Counted from the stretch's first letter, positions 21,372-31,821 are shown. The stretch is 64,000 nucleotides of DNA from an uncultured Planctomycetota bacterium (GCA_963841915.1 CAWJEN010000006.1:1536001-1600000); one strand, 5' to 3'. Translations and numbers: made by a program. Notes: generated by a model not told the origin, from the letters alone.

Positions 21372-21722
21372 ATGTCTGACGAATCCAAGCCCGAACAACA
21401 GCAGCCCAAGGGCCCGCAGGTCATCATCGACGAGCGCGAGCTGCAGTACGTCTACGCCAACGCCTACCGCGTCCACGCCGCCGATGAGGTCGTCCTCGAC
21501 TTGGGCTACAACATGCCCAACCCGAACCCCAACCCACAGGCCCAGCAGGGTGTCCAGCAGGTTCTGTACCGCGGCAGCCACCGCGTCATCATGACCTACG
21601 CCAACGCCAAGCGGCTTGCCGGCAGCCTCGTTCAGCTCGTCAAGCGCTACGAGCAGCAGTTCGGTGAAATCAAGCTGCCCCAGGCCCAGCCCGCCCCGGG
21701 CCAGGGCGAGCCGGTGCAGTGA
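21372..21722 (+). CDS. DUF3467-like protein
   Basis: YANAYRV...EVVLDLG...RVIMT...AKRL...L..YEQQFGEI. Confidence 0.75.
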   Translation: MSDESKPEQQQPKGPQVIIDERELQYVYANAYRVHAADEVVLDLGYNMPNPNPNPQAQQGVQQVLYRGSHRVIMTYANAKRLAGSLVQLVKRYEQQFGEIKLPQAQPAPGQGEPVQ

Positions 21723-21786
21723 TCCGATCGAGATCCTGAAAAACTACACGAGCCGCAGCTTCGGTTGCGGCTCTTGTTTTTGTGCG

Positions 21787-22374
21787 TCATGAACCATCCG
21801 ATCGCGCGGCGGTAGACGCCGGTGGTTCGTCCAGAACTCGAATGCCTCGACGACCGGGTCGAACCGCCAGCACAACGGCATCGCCGACGTTGTGGCGGTG
21901 GTAATGCTTGCTGGAGACGCCACATCGGTGCAGGTGCTTCTTGCCCTCAAGAACGTAGCGGAACCTCATCTGGCCGCCGTTGTTCGCGAGGTTGAAGCCC
22001 ATGACCGCCCGAGTTTTGTCGACAACGACGGCCCTGACACCCACTTCACCGGGCTTGAGGTGGTAGGTTTGAGCCTTGCGTCGTGCCGACCAGAGGGCAA
22101 TGTCGGCCGAGTAGTACCAACACAATCCTGAGATTCCGACGATGAGCAACATGATTGCCAAGCTCGGCACGACCTCGAGAGGGATGGCCTGCCAAGGCGG
22201 TACGCCGGTAGCGACGCCTCGAAGCAGCACCATCGCCGTCGCAATGCCCAGGTAGAGCGCCAAACCGACGAAGCAGCCGCGGTTGAGCCACAACGCGTTC
22301 TTTGTCTCCTGCGGAACTACCGGCACGATCTCGTACGCGAGCGGCTGTGTCTTTGCCGGTTCGTCCTTCGCCAC
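21787..22374 (-). CDS. Membrane protein, two TM helices plus DUF3592-like C-terminal domain
   Basis: Two hydrophobic helices; FRY...VGDAVVL tail; GTG 22374 lies 7 nt after TATGAT (ATG 22386 possible). Confidence 0.6.
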   Translation of the reverse strand: MAKDEPAKTQPLAYEIVPVVPQETKNALWLNRGCFVGLALYLGIATAMVLLRGVATGVPPWQAIPLEVVPSLAIMLLIVGISGLCWYYSADIALWSARRKAQTYHLKPGEVGVRAVVVDKTRAVMGFNLANNGGQMRFRYVLEGKKHLHRCGVSSKHYHRHNVGDAVVLAVRPGRRGIRVLDEPPASTAARSDGS

Positions 22375-22381
22375 CGTCGGC

Positions 22382-22391
22382 ATCATACGGT
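22382..22391. promoter_or_regulatory. Overlapping back-to-back -10 elements (bidirectional leaderless promoter)
   Basis: + strand TACGGT 22386-22391, 5 nt before queC ATG; - strand TATGAT 22387-22382, 7 nt before GTG 22374. Confidence 0.55.
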
Positions 22392-22396
22392 CGCGT

Positions 22397-23080
22397 ATGT
22401 CCGCCACCGCTGCGATCGTCCTGCTCTCCGGTGGCCTCGACAGCGCCACGACGCTCGCCGTTGCGACGAAGCAAGACGGCCTCGCCTGCCACTGCCTCAG
22501 CGTCGACTACGGCCAACGGCACAAGGCAGAGCTCGACGCAGCCGCACGGGTTGCCGCGTCCCTCGACGCCGTCGCGCACAAGGTCGTCCGCGTCGACCTG
22601 TCCGCCTTCGGTGGCAGCGCGCTCACCGACGACATCGACGTGCCCAAATCCGGCCCGACCGACGGCATTCCCGTCACCTACGTGCCGGCCCGCAACACGG
22701 TGCTGCTGGCACTGGCCCTGGCGTATGCCGAGACCGTCGACACCGGCCTCATCTACTGCGGCGTCAACGCTGTCGACTACAGCGGCTACCCGGACTGTCG
22801 TCCCGAGTTCATCGCCGCCTTCGAGCGGACGGCCAACCTGGCCACGAAAGCTGCCGTCGAAGGGCGGCAGTGGGTCGAGGTGCGGGCCCCGCTGATCCAG
22901 CTGACGAAGGCCGACATCGTCAAGCTCGGCACCTCTCTCGGCGTCGACTATTCGGCGACTGTCACGTGCTACGACCCGGACGACGCCGGCCATGCGTGCG
23001 GAACGTGCGATGCGTGCCGACTGCGGCGGATCGGTTTTGAGGAGGCCGGGCTTGATGATCCGACGCGGTACATCGGGTAG
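22397..23080 (+). CDS. queC: 7-cyano-7-deazaguanine synthase
   Basis: [29 protein letters not shown]...CGTCDAC..R. Confidence 0.95.
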   Translation: MSATAAIVLLSGGLDSATTLAVATKQDGLACHCLSVDYGQRHKAELDAAARVAASLDAVAHKVVRVDLSAFGGSALTDDIDVPKSGPTDGIPVTYVPARNTVLLALALAYAETVDTGLIYCGVNAVDYSGYPDCRPEFIAAFERTANLATKAAVEGRQWVEVRAPLIQLTKADIVKLGTSLGVDYSATVTCYDPDDAGHACGTCDACRLRRIGFEEAGLDDPTRYIG

Positions 23081-23094
23081 TGGTTGACATTTTT

Positions 23095-23118
23095 GCAAAG
23101 CCACTGAATTGGCTTTGC
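23095..23118. terminator. Hairpin between convergent genes
   Basis: gcaaagcca-ctgaat-tggctttgc. Confidence 0.55.
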
Positions 23119-23121
23119 CAG

Positions 23122-24072
23122 TCAGTCACTTCCTTTCCATTGATCGACAAGGTTGTCTGCTGCTTTGGCCCAATCGTCGAAGGCGAACTCGAAGCCGGCG
23201 TCTAGCAGTCGGCCCGGCACGACGCGGCGGCTCTTGAGGACGAGCTCGCTCTCCGTCCGCAGCACGCGGGTGCCGATCTCGATCATCAGCGGCGTCGCCG
23301 GCAGGCCGATCGGGACGCCGGCAGCCTGTCGCAGGGTCTTCATGAAGGCGGCGTAACGCACCGGCGTCGGTGAGCAGACGTTGATCGGCCCGGCCAGATC
23401 GTCCCGCTCGATGAGCAGGTCCATCACGCGGCAGAAGTCGTCGCCGTGGATCCAGCTCACGACCGGCTTTCGCCCGAGGATCGGCCCGCCGAGCCCGCGA
23501 CGGCAAAGCCAGAGCAGCGTGTCGAAGATGCCGCCGCGATCCGGCGTCATCACCATCGCCGACCGAAGGGCCAGCTTGCGCGTGTGAGGCACGTCGGCGT
23601 CGTCGAGTGCCTTCTCCCAGGCTCTCGCCACGTCGTAGCTGAAGTGCCACGTGTCGGGCTGATCCGGCTCGACGCCGAGTGTGCCGGTGGCCTCGTCCTG
23701 ATCGCGGTCCAGGCTGTGGGCGTAGATGGTAGCGGTCGCCATCTGCAGCCAGACGGACGGCGGTCGCTCGGCTTGGCGGATCGCGTCGGTGACGGCCCGC
23801 ACAGAGTCGACGCGGCTGTCGACAATGAGTTTGCGGTTGGTCGCGTTGTAGCGGCAGTTGACGCTGCGCCCGGCGAGGTTCAGCACCACATCGGCACCGT
23901 CAAGCTCAGCCACCCAGTCACCAGTCGTCTTGCCGTCCCAAACGACTTGCCGCCACGGCGCGTCGTTCGTCGGCGAGCGGGTCAGCACGACCACATCGTC
24001 GCCGCGAGCGTGGGCGTGTCGGGCGTAGCAGGTGCCGACCTGCCCGCTGCCGCCTGGGAGGACGAGCTTCAT
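23122..24072 (-). CDS. TIGR01777-type NAD-dependent epimerase/oxidoreductase (YfcH-like)
   Basis: GGSGQVG, VLNLAG, SRV, WE, SWIH..D, GPIN...P, S.RVVP.RL...GF.F. Confidence 0.85.
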   Translation of the reverse strand: MKLVLPGGSGQVGTCYARHAHARGDDVVVLTRSPTNDAPWRQVVWDGKTTGDWVAELDGADVVLNLAGRSVNCRYNATNRKLIVDSRVDSVRAVTDAIRQAERPPSVWLQMATATIYAHSLDRDQDEATGTLGVEPDQPDTWHFSYDVARAWEKALDDADVPHTRKLALRSAMVMTPDRGGIFDTLLWLCRRGLGGPILGRKPVVSWIHGDDFCRVMDLLIERDDLAGPINVCSPTPVRYAAFMKTLRQAAGVPIGLPATPLMIEIGTRVLRTESELVLKSRRVVPGRLLDAGFEFAFDDWAKAADNLVDQWKGSD

Positions 24073-24147
24073 TGGCCAAGTTTATGACAGGTACCGAATC
24101 CTCCGTTCAAGTTTGGCGAGTGTGTTACATGTTCTAACGTACGACCT

Positions 24148-24876
24148 ATGGCCTCTCCGATCACGTCGTTGCCGAAGATGAAGCGTTTCTTGTGCGTCGC
24201 GCCGCATCCGGATGACGCGGAGCTGGGCATGGGCGGCACGCTGATCACGCTGGCCAAGGCGGGACACCACGTCACGATCTGCGACCTTACCAACGGCGAG
24301 CCGACGCCCAACGGCAGTGCTGAGATTCGTGAGAAGGAGTGGACCGAGGCGACGAAGCGGATGAACGATGGGCTTGCCCCCCACAGCCAGATCGAGCGTC
24401 GCAATCTGTACCTCAAGAACCGCGAGCTTCAGCACACGATCGCCAACCGCCACGCCCTGGCTGCCGTCATTCGCGAGGTAAAGCCGGATGTGGTCTTCTA
24501 CCCGTACTATCCCGACGCTCACCCGGACCATATTGCTGCGCACAAGATTGCCATTGACGCCCGCTTCGACGCCAAGCTGACGAAGTCTGACATTCCGGGC
24601 GAGCCGCACCACCCCAAGCGGATCATTCAGTATTTCTGCACCCATTTGCGGACCGACATCGTGCCGACGTTCTGCATCGACGTGAGCGACGTCTTCGAGC
24701 AGAAGCTGCACGTCTGCCGTGCGTACGCGAGCCAAGGCCTGGCCGACGACGAGGGGCTGCTCGACTTTGTCGACACGATGCACAAGTACCACGGCGGCCG
24801 CTGCGGGGTGAGGTACGCCGAGCCGTTCTACAGCGACGAGGTGATCGGATTCAGTGGGCTCGACGAACTGGTGTGA
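24148..24876 (+). CDS. bshB1: PIG-L family deacetylase, BshB1-like
   Basis: APHPDDAELGMGGT, DLTNGEPTP, HPDH, ARFDAKLTK, AY.SQ, YAEPF. Confidence 0.75.
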   Translation: MASPITSLPKMKRFLCVAPHPDDAELGMGGTLITLAKAGHHVTICDLTNGEPTPNGSAEIREKEWTEATKRMNDGLAPHSQIERRNLYLKNRELQHTIANRHALAAVIREVKPDVVFYPYYPDAHPDHIAAHKIAIDARFDAKLTKSDIPGEPHHPKRIIQYFCTHLRTDIVPTFCIDVSDVFEQKLHVCRAYASQGLADDEGLLDFVDTMHKYHGGRCGVRYAEPFYSDEVIGFSGLDELV

Positions 24877-24952
24877 CAGGACGGACTGCGGGTTGCATAT
24901 CCGCAGCTACCGCGTGGTGCGACGCATCTTCCAGCTTCATATCGTTGTGCAC

Positions 24953-25516
24953 TTGAAGCAGGTTACTCTCGATGTTCTTGACGCTGCCGTGTCGGGCAGT
25001 TCGCTGGCCGAGCCGCTGACGCTGCGTGGTCAGCTGTCGCCGACGCGGACGACGTTGCTCGTTTTCCTGCGGCACTTCGGTTGTTGCTTCTGCCGGGAAA
25101 TGGTCAAGGACATTCGCATCGCCAGCGAGGCGGCAGACGGGCCGGGGGGCGAGCGGCGGTACCCGAAGGTCGTCTTCGTTCACATGGCCTCGCCGGAGCA
25201 GGGCGGCGAATTCTTTGGAAGCTACTGGCCGGCGAGCCCGGCGATCAGCGACCCGGACAAGCGGCTCTACGACGCATTCGGTCTCGGCCGCGGCAGCTTT
25301 GGGCAGATGTTCAAGCCGGCCGTCTGGGCGTGCGGCGTCCGGGCCCTTCGTAAAGGTCACGGCGTCGGCCGACCGGTGGGCGACCCGTGGGAGATGCCGG
25401 GCCTGTTCCTGCTCGAGCCCGATGGCAGCATCGTGTGGTCGCACGACTTCCGCCACGCGGGCGATCACCCGGACTTCCACGCCATCGCCTCCAGAACGTT
25501 TGGTGCCACGGTTTGA
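24953..25516 (+). CDS. AhpC/TSA-like (peroxiredoxin-like) redoxin
   Basis: FLRHFGCCFCRE, SDPDKRLYDAFGL, GDPWEMPG; start uncertain (TTG 24953 or GTG 24947). Confidence 0.75.
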   Translation: MKQVTLDVLDAAVSGSSLAEPLTLRGQLSPTRTTLLVFLRHFGCCFCREMVKDIRIASEAADGPGGERRYPKVVFVHMASPEQGGEFFGSYWPASPAISDPDKRLYDAFGLGRGSFGQMFKPAVWACGVRALRKGHGVGRPVGDPWEMPGLFLLEPDGSIVWSHDFRHAGDHPDFHAIASRTFGATV

Positions 25517-25607
25517 GCCACCGTCTGCGGTGGGCAAACCGTGCCGGTGACGCGTCAAGATCGGACACTGTTTGCCCGCATCGGAATGCGGCTCAAACAG
25601 TGGCACC
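25502..25607. repeat. REP/MITE-like element with GGTGCCAC...GTGGCACC termini (copy A)
   Basis: Near-identical ends to 35856-35975; internal hairpins; provides the stop codon of the redoxin gene. Confidence 0.8.
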
Positions 25608-25642
25608 GGGCGGTCTTCCGAACGTCGCGAACATCTTCGGCG

Positions 25643-25915
25643 TCACCAGCGAAGCTTGCGGATGACCTGAAAGAGAATGAAGCCGCCGCCGACTACAGCA
25701 GCGACGGCTGTTGCCGAGGAAGCGAGATGTAGGAGGCCGGCCATCATCGTGCGCGGCTGGTAGGCAACGAGTGCCAACGGAATGAGCTGTAGCAGGGCGT
25801 ACAACCCGATGATTAACAACGCAAACCCCGTCGAAAGCGGTAGGAGAATCGGCACGAGCGTTGGAGCATCCGTGGCAGGCGTCGCGTAGTCGACAGTGTC
25901 GGGCTGCTCGCTCAT
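25643..25915 (-). CDS. Small membrane protein
   Basis: Two hydrophobic helices; ATGA coupling to ABC ATPase stop. Confidence 0.6.
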   Translation of the reverse strand: MSEQPDTVDYATPATDAPTLVPILLPLSTGFALLIIGLYALLQLIPLALVAYQPRTMMAGLLHLASSATAVAAVVGGGFILFQVIRKLRW

Positions 25916-26850
25916 TGCACAATGCCCTTCGTCAGCCGCATGAAGGCGGTCTCGAGGTTAACTTCTTCTTCGCGGAACAAGGTCAGCTTGTAGCCGCCTT
26001 GGACGAGGCGGCCGGCGAGGAAGGTGTAGTCGGTGACGCCATCTTTCAGCAGGACTTCGAGGTGGTCGCCCTTGTTGTCGACTTTGGCCACGTTGGGATC
26101 TTCGGCCAAAATGTTGGCCGCTGCGACGGCGTTGCTGGCGACGCCGATCTGAATCACCGTGCCACGCTTGGCCTTCTTGACGATGTCCGTCCACGGCCCG
26201 CTGTAGAGCAGCTCGCCGCGTTCGATGATGCCGACGGTGTTACACAAATCCTGCAGTTCCGGCAGAATGTGCGACGAAATGATGATCGTCTTGCCCATCG
26301 TTCGGAGCGTCTTGAGCAGCTCGCGCAGCTCGACGCGGGCACGCGGGTCGAGGTTGCCTGCCGGTTCGTCAAGGAGCAACACCTTCGGGTCGTGCAGCAA
26401 TACGCGGGCGATGCTCAGCCGCTGCTTCATGCCGCGGCTCAGGCCGTCGACGGGGGCGTCGTGCTTGTACGTCAGGTCCGTCAGCTCCAGCACGTCACCG
26501 ACGACCTTGACGCGTTCGCTGCCGTTGATGTCGTACGCGGCGGCGAAGAACTCGAGGTACTCCTGAACGACCATGTCCTCGTATGCCCCGAAGTAGTCGG
26601 GCACATAGCCGAGTAGCGGGCGAATCTGACGCGACTGGTAACCGACGACGAGGCCACAGACACGTGCCTCGCCCCAGGTCGGCTGGAGCAGGGTGCCGAG
26701 GATCTTCATCGTCGTGGTCTTGCCCGCACCGTTGGGGCCGATGAAGCCGAAGCAATCGCCCTCGGCGATTTCGAGGTTGAGGTTCGACAGCGCCACGAGC
26801 TGGCCGTAACGCTTGGTCAGGTTGACCGTCTTGATGACCGGCTCGCTCAT
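25912..26850 (-). CDS. ABC transporter ATP-binding protein (ABC-2/DrrA type)
   Basis: GPNGAGKTT, LSRGMKQR, LLLDEP..LDP, SSH. Confidence 0.93.
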   Translation of the reverse strand: MSEPVIKTVNLTKRYGQLVALSNLNLEIAEGDCFGFIGPNGAGKTTTMKILGTLLQPTWGEARVCGLVVGYQSRQIRPLLGYVPDYFGAYEDMVVQEYLEFFAAAYDINGSERVKVVGDVLELTDLTYKHDAPVDGLSRGMKQRLSIARVLLHDPKVLLLDEPAGNLDPRARVELRELLKTLRTMGKTIIISSHILPELQDLCNTVGIIERGELLYSGPWTDIVKKAKRGTVIQIGVASNAVAAANILAEDPNVAKVDNKGDHLEVLLKDGVTDYTFLAGRLVQGGYKLTLFREEEVNLETAFMRLTKGIVQ

Positions 26851-29339
26851 GATGTTGCCTCTGGTGCTTCTTCCTCGACGTCCTCTTGGCCGTCTTCGTC
26901 GGTGGTCTGTTCCTCGACAATCAATCCGCTGCGGTCGATTGGCAGCACGAACTGCGCCACAACGGTTCCCGTGCCGCCAAGCTTCGCGCCGTCCACCGTC
27001 AGCGGAATAGGTGTTTCGACCTCATCGGCTTCGGCAATGACAACAAAGTTCCCGGCCGACAAGGCAGCGGTGATGTCCCACTCGCTCGCGCCGCGGTTCA
27101 CCGGCACCACCGCATCGGATGTGCCTTGCTGATTCGTCATCGGCGGTAGCATTTCGAACAGCGACAGCACCGCAGGCGTCACGCGATAGTCACTGGCCCA
27201 GTCGTCGAACACGCTTTGCTGCCCCGTCGACAGCGACAGCCGAACGCCGTTGATCGCGTACCAGTACTGCGGTGCCCAGTCGATGCGGAGCGTGCCCGTC
27301 ACCGGCCTGTTCCGCGGCGGCTGCAACGCGCTGCCGCTGGCGCGATACGACACCGTCGCCACGCGACCGTCGTCGTCTTGCATCACGTCCTTAAGCGACC
27401 GGATCGAACGGCCGTTGTCCCAGCTCGGCAGGTAGAGCACGACCGTCTCAGACCGTGCCCCGCGAGGCCGCTTGTAAGCGATGTGGACATTGCGCAGGTC
27501 AAGGCCACTGGTGTTGACGAGCGAGCCGACCGGGAAACGCTCACCGCCGACAAGGGCAACGCTTCCCTCGATGCCCAGTCGCCTCGGGCCGCCACTGACA
27601 GCCTCGAACTTCTTGAGCGTGCTGCGGTAGGGCACGTCGATTACGCTCGCGTCGCTCAAGTCGACCACGTACGTCACCGGGCTCGCCCGCGAGCCTGTCA
27701 TGACATCGCGATCGCTTGGGGGAATGAGCGCTGTGACAACGCTTTCGACCGCATCGCCGGGGGCGTCTTCCTGCGCGACGCTGATCGTCTGCACGCCGTC
27801 CCGCGGGACGTAGATGCCCAGGTCAGCTGCAATGTGCGACGGTGCGACGCTGCCGCCCCGCAGCAGGCTGACATGCCGTAACTTCGCGGGTCCGCGCAGG
27901 ACAAGGCCGGTCACGAGCACCGTCAACGCCGCCGCCCCGGCCGCGGCAAGGCCGAACGCGTACCAGCTCAAATGCGTCCGCTTCGTCCGCAACAACCAGA
28001 AGTAAACACCTGGCCCGGCCAGCAGCCAGTAGGCGATGAAGAAGACGATCACGAGCGTCACCAGCGTCGAGCTGCGACCGGCCAATCGAATGCCCGCCTG
28101 CGGCGAGTTGCCGAAGTCGCGATAGCCGTTGGTGCGGTACCTCGCCACGTCCGAGTCTCTGTCGGCAAGTTGAGGTTCGTCCCCGACGTCGAGCAGGCTC
28201 GCCCAGATGGCTGTCCATCCGCCGGTGGGCGAGGCACGGTCACCGAGCAGGTTGCGGTTGGAGACATCGGTGGCGAGCCACGTCACGCAGCCAAAGCCAT
28301 AGCCGGTGCGGGCCATCAGCGGAAAGCGACCGTCGGGTGAGACGTCGCTGAGCGCATCGGCCTGGTCCTTGGCGGTGCCCTCGAAGTCGTCGGGCTCCAG
28401 CCACGCCTCGACGATCGAGTCGCTCTTGGGAAGTCCGAGCACGAAGCGGACCGGCCCGGGCACCCCTTCGTACGGCTCGGCCTGCCGCGCCAGCAGGCGA
28501 TCCGACACGCGCGGCAGCGGGGCGGCGTTGTCTAAGTCGACGGCCGCGGCGGGTGTGACCGGTAGCAGGTCGAAGATGGGCTCGAGTGCTTGCCAATCGC
28601 TCTGGTGCGTGACAATCAGCCGGCCACCCGAGCGGACGTAACTGCGAAGGGCCGACATCTGCTCGCCGCCTCCGTCGAGCAGGTCACCGGGGTCTGCGTT
28701 CTGCCACACGACGGCGTCGACCATGTCGTACCCGATCGCACGATCAGGCAGATCCTGCGTCCGAAGACTTGCCGGCCGGTTGGTCTTGATGATGCCGATG
28801 AGGTTCGGATCGCTCAGCTCGCCCAGCCCGTTGTAGAACCCGCCGGCCTCACCACCGACGAGCAGCAGCAGCCGGCCGGGCTTGGCCTGCGGGCCTTGAG
28901 CGTGGATCGACTCGGGCGGACGCGCTTCCACCGGCAAACGGGCCAGCTCGCGGCCCTCGCTGTCGGCCAGCACCACCCGCAGATCACGCTGCGGATCAAA
29001 CCCGCCGCGACCAGGGGCGATCTTGAAGTACGACCAAAACGTCTGGCTGCCACCTCCGGCAAGCGTGACGGCACGGTCGAAGTAAACGCGGTCACCGTCG
29101 AGATCCTGCTGGACGACTCGCAGGATGTAAGACCCCGGCTCCCCGGCAGGTGGCTGGAGACTGACCCGCATCGGCACCCAGCCCAGCGGGTCGTAGAACC
29201 CGCCGAGCCCGACCTCGGTCACGCTGCCGACGGTGTTTCCCGGCACCTGCGCACGAACGCTCGACGCGCTCAGAAGCAACGCCCCCAGCGCCACCAGAAT
29301 AAAGACGAGCTTGACGCGCGGCGACATCGACATCGGCAC
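26847..29339 (-). CDS. Large exported/membrane protein associated with the ABC transporter
   Basis: Signal peptide, GWVPMRV, GYDMVDAVVW...YVRSGG (GATase-like fold segment), YWLLAGP TM pair; coupled to ABC ATPase. Confidence 0.75.
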   Translation of the reverse strand: MPMSMSPRVKLVFILVALGALLLSASSVRAQVPGNTVGSVTEVGLGGFYDPLGWVPMRVSLQPPAGEPGSYILRVVQQDLDGDRVYFDRAVTLAGGGSQTFWSYFKIAPGRGGFDPQRDLRVVLADSEGRELARLPVEARPPESIHAQGPQAKPGRLLLLVGGEAGGFYNGLGELSDPNLIGIIKTNRPASLRTQDLPDRAIGYDMVDAVVWQNADPGDLLDGGGEQMSALRSYVRSGGRLIVTHQSDWQALEPIFDLLPVTPAAAVDLDNAAPLPRVSDRLLARQAEPYEGVPGPVRFVLGLPKSDSIVEAWLEPDDFEGTAKDQADALSDVSPDGRFPLMARTGYGFGCVTWLATDVSNRNLLGDRASPTGGWTAIWASLLDVGDEPQLADRDSDVARYRTNGYRDFGNSPQAGIRLAGRSSTLVTLVIVFFIAYWLLAGPGVYFWLLRTKRTHLSWYAFGLAAAGAAALTVLVTGLVLRGPAKLRHVSLLRGGSVAPSHIAADLGIYVPRDGVQTISVAQEDAPGDAVESVVTALIPPSDRDVMTGSRASPVTYVVDLSDASVIDVPYRSTLKKFEAVSGGPRRLGIEGSVALVGGERFPVGSLVNTSGLDLRNVHIAYKRPRGARSETVVLYLPSWDNGRSIRSLKDVMQDDDGRVATVSYRASGSALQPPRNRPVTGTLRIDWAPQYWYAINGVRLSLSTGQQSVFDDWASDYRVTPAVLSLFEMLPPMTNQQGTSDAVVPVNRGASEWDITAALSAGNFVVIAEADEVETPIPLTVDGAKLGGTGTVVAQFVLPIDRSGLIVEEQTTDEDGQEDVEEEAPEATS

Positions 29340-29440
29340 CTGCGACGCTAACCGCCCGCGTCTGCCGGGGCAACAGCGACGCGACCTCCATCTACATCGC
29401 CCGCACAAAAGCGTGCCGCGACACCAGAAGCGGTCGCAAG

Positions 29441-29533
29441 GGTGCCACACCCTCTCGCGAAGCAAAAGTTGTGTCTGCGCCGCTGCTCCAGGAATCCTGA
29501 CACACTTTCCCCTGCGGGAGAAGGCGTGGCACC
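29441..29533. repeat. GGTGCCAC...GTGGCACC inverted-repeat element (divergent copy)
   Basis: ggtgccacaccctctcgc / gcgggagaaggcgtggcacc arms. Confidence 0.55.
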
Positions 29534-29598
29534 AACGCTTCGTTTTGGGGAAGCTGTGGCATCGACGCGGTGGGCGATCCCGCCCCTACATTCGCTCC

Positions 29599-31584
29599 AT
29601 GAGCACGAACCTTCATTGGGGCATTCTCGCCACCGGGCGCATCGCTAAAGCATTTGCGGGTGATTTGGAGAAGACGGATCGCGGCACCTTTGCCGCGGTG
29701 GCGAGCCGGTCGCTCGAGAAGGCCAAAGCCTTTGCAGAACCGTTTTCCGGCGTCAAAGCCCTCGGCAGTTACGAAGAACTCGTCGCTGCTGACGATATTG
29801 ATGCGGTCTACATCGCCACGCCGCACCCGCAGCACGCGCAGTGGGCGATCAAGCTGCTTCGCGCCGGTAAGCACGTTCTGTGCGAGAAGCCGATTTGCGT
29901 CAACGCCGCCGACGCCGAGGCCGTCGTCGAAGCCGCCCGTGTCAGCGGCAAGGTGCTCATGGAGGCCTACATGTACCGCTGCCACCCGGTCATGTCGAAG
30001 CTCGTCGAGCTCATCAAGGACGGGGCGATCGGAGACGTGCAGCACATCGACTCGGCCTTCAGCTTCCGCGCCGGTGACGACCCCGACGGCCGCCTCATGA
30101 ATGCCGACCTGGCCGGTGGTGGCATTCTTGACGTCGGTGGATACGCGGTCAGTCTCGCCCGGCTCGTCGCCGGTGCGGCCAACGGTCAGCCGCTTGCCGA
30201 GCCGACCGCGTTTAAAGCCGTCGGCCACATCGGTAAGACCGGCATCGACGAATGGACGTCAGCCGTCTGCACGTTTGCGGGTGGCATCGTCGCCAGCCTG
30301 CGCACCGGCGTGCGACTCAACGCCGACAACGGCCTGCGCGTCTTCGGCACCGAGGGCAACCTCCGCATCGACCAGCCGTTCATCCCTGCCCGCGACGGTG
30401 GCACGGTCGACATCGTCATCACCAAGGGCGGCAACACGGAGTCGATCGCGGTTGAGACAACCACGCCGCTCTACGCCCTTGAGGCCGAGACCTTTGCCAA
30501 GGCCGTCGAGACCGGTACGACGCCTTACCCGGCCATGTCGATGGACGACACGCTGGCGAACATGAAGGTGCTCGACACGTGGCGGAACGAGATCAAGCTG
30601 CTGTACCCCTTTGAGACCGAGGCCGGCTACCGCACGACGACCGTCGCCGAAGAGCCGCTGGCACGCAAGCCCGACGCCACCATGCCGACGGCCACGATCG
30701 ACGGCATCGGCTTTGAGGTCTCCAAGTTCTTCATGGGCTGTGACAACCAGGCGTTGCTCCGCGACGCCGCACCGCTGTACGACGCGTTCTTCGAGGCGGG
30801 CGGTAACGGGTTCGACACCGCCAGCGTCTACGGCCGCTCGCGGTCGGTCGTGCTGGGCGAGTGGATGAAGGTGCGAGGCGTTCGGGACCAGATCGCCGTC
30901 ATCTGCAAGGGTGCTCACACGCCCCATTGCCGGCCCGAGGTCATTGGTCAAGAGCTCGACAAGCAGCTCGATTGGCTGCAAACGACTCATTGTGAGTTCT
31001 ACTTCATGCACCGCGATGACCCGTCGGTGCCGGTCGGGGAGTTCGTGGACGCGATGAACGAAGAGGCCGACGCCGGTCGTATCCGCGGCATGTTCGGTGG
31101 CAGCAACTGGACGCTGGAGCGTGTGAAGGAGGCAAACGCCTACGCCGAGGCCAACGGCAAGCGCGGGTTCGGGGCGATCAGCCAGAACCTGTCACTGGCC
31201 GAACTGGTGTCGCCCGTCTGGGACGGTTGCGTGTGTGCCCACACGCAAGAATGGCTCGACTTCCTGGCCCAGACGAACACGGCCAACTTTGCCTGGAGCA
31301 GCCAGGCCCGCGGGTTCTTCGTGCCTGATCGCGACCTTGGCGAAGAGGAGCTGCAGCGGTGCTGGGTCAGCGACGACAACCTCAAGCGTCGCGAGCGGGC
31401 GGTGGAGCTGGCGGAGAAGAAGGGCGTCGAGCCCGTTGCCATCGCGGCGGCGTGGGTGCTGAAGCAGGCGTTCCCGAGCTTTGCGCTGATCGGCCCGCGG
31501 AGCATGAGCGAGCTGCGGACGTCACTCGCAGGTTTGGGCGTCGAGCTGACGGACGAAGAGCACGCGTGGCTCGACCTGAAGTAA
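29599..31584 (+). CDS. Gfo/Idh/MocA oxidoreductase fused to aldo-keto reductase
   Basis: WGILATGRIA, HVLCEKP, GGGILDVG; AKR half GNGFDTA..Y, KG, HRDD, GGSNW, WSSQARGF, IGPR. Confidence 0.88.
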   Translation: MSTNLHWGILATGRIAKAFAGDLEKTDRGTFAAVASRSLEKAKAFAEPFSGVKALGSYEELVAADDIDAVYIATPHPQHAQWAIKLLRAGKHVLCEKPICVNAADAEAVVEAARVSGKVLMEAYMYRCHPVMSKLVELIKDGAIGDVQHIDSAFSFRAGDDPDGRLMNADLAGGGILDVGGYAVSLARLVAGAANGQPLAEPTAFKAVGHIGKTGIDEWTSAVCTFAGGIVASLRTGVRLNADNGLRVFGTEGNLRIDQPFIPARDGGTVDIVITKGGNTESIAVETTTPLYALEAETFAKAVETGTTPYPAMSMDDTLANMKVLDTWRNEIKLLYPFETEAGYRTTTVAEEPLARKPDATMPTATIDGIGFEVSKFFMGCDNQALLRDAAPLYDAFFEAGGNGFDTASVYGRSRSVVLGEWMKVRGVRDQIAVICKGAHTPHCRPEVIGQELDKQLDWLQTTHCEFYFMHRDDPSVPVGEFVDAMNEEADAGRIRGMFGGSNWTLERVKEANAYAEANGKRGFGAISQNLSLAELVSPVWDGCVCAHTQEWLDFLAQTNTANFAWSSQARGFFVPDRDLGEEELQRCWVSDDNLKRRERAVELAEKKGVEPVAIAAAWVLKQAFPSFALIGPRSMSELRTSLAGLGVELTDEEHAWLDLK

Positions 31585-31738
31585 GCGCAAAGGCGGCCGC
31601 CGCGGCGCAACGGTCAGAATGCTCGAAATGCCCTGACGCGGATTGCGAGATGCGTCAAACGTCATATGCGGCCGACGTAAAGCGTGCACGGCCGTGTCGC
31701 ATGGCGGACGACCCGCCGACGCAGTCGATGGGCGCGAT

Positions 31739-31754
31739 TGTTCCACGTGGAACA
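31739..31754. other. parS centromere-like site
   Basis: Perfect palindrome TGTTCCACGTGGAACA matching the conserved bacterial chromosomal parS consensus. Confidence 0.9.
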
Positions 31755-31805
31755 TTGGCGGTGTGCGTGGACCCCTCGCCAGGCGACGCCAGCGGGGTCG
31801 GCGGA

Positions 31806-31821
31806 TGTTCCACGTGGAACA
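31806..31821. other. parS centromere-like site
   Basis: TGTTCCACGTGGAACA. Confidence 0.9.

Noticed and set aside
25070..25100. Selenoprotein redoxin
   Set aside because: The motif is encoded by Cys codons with no in-frame TGA
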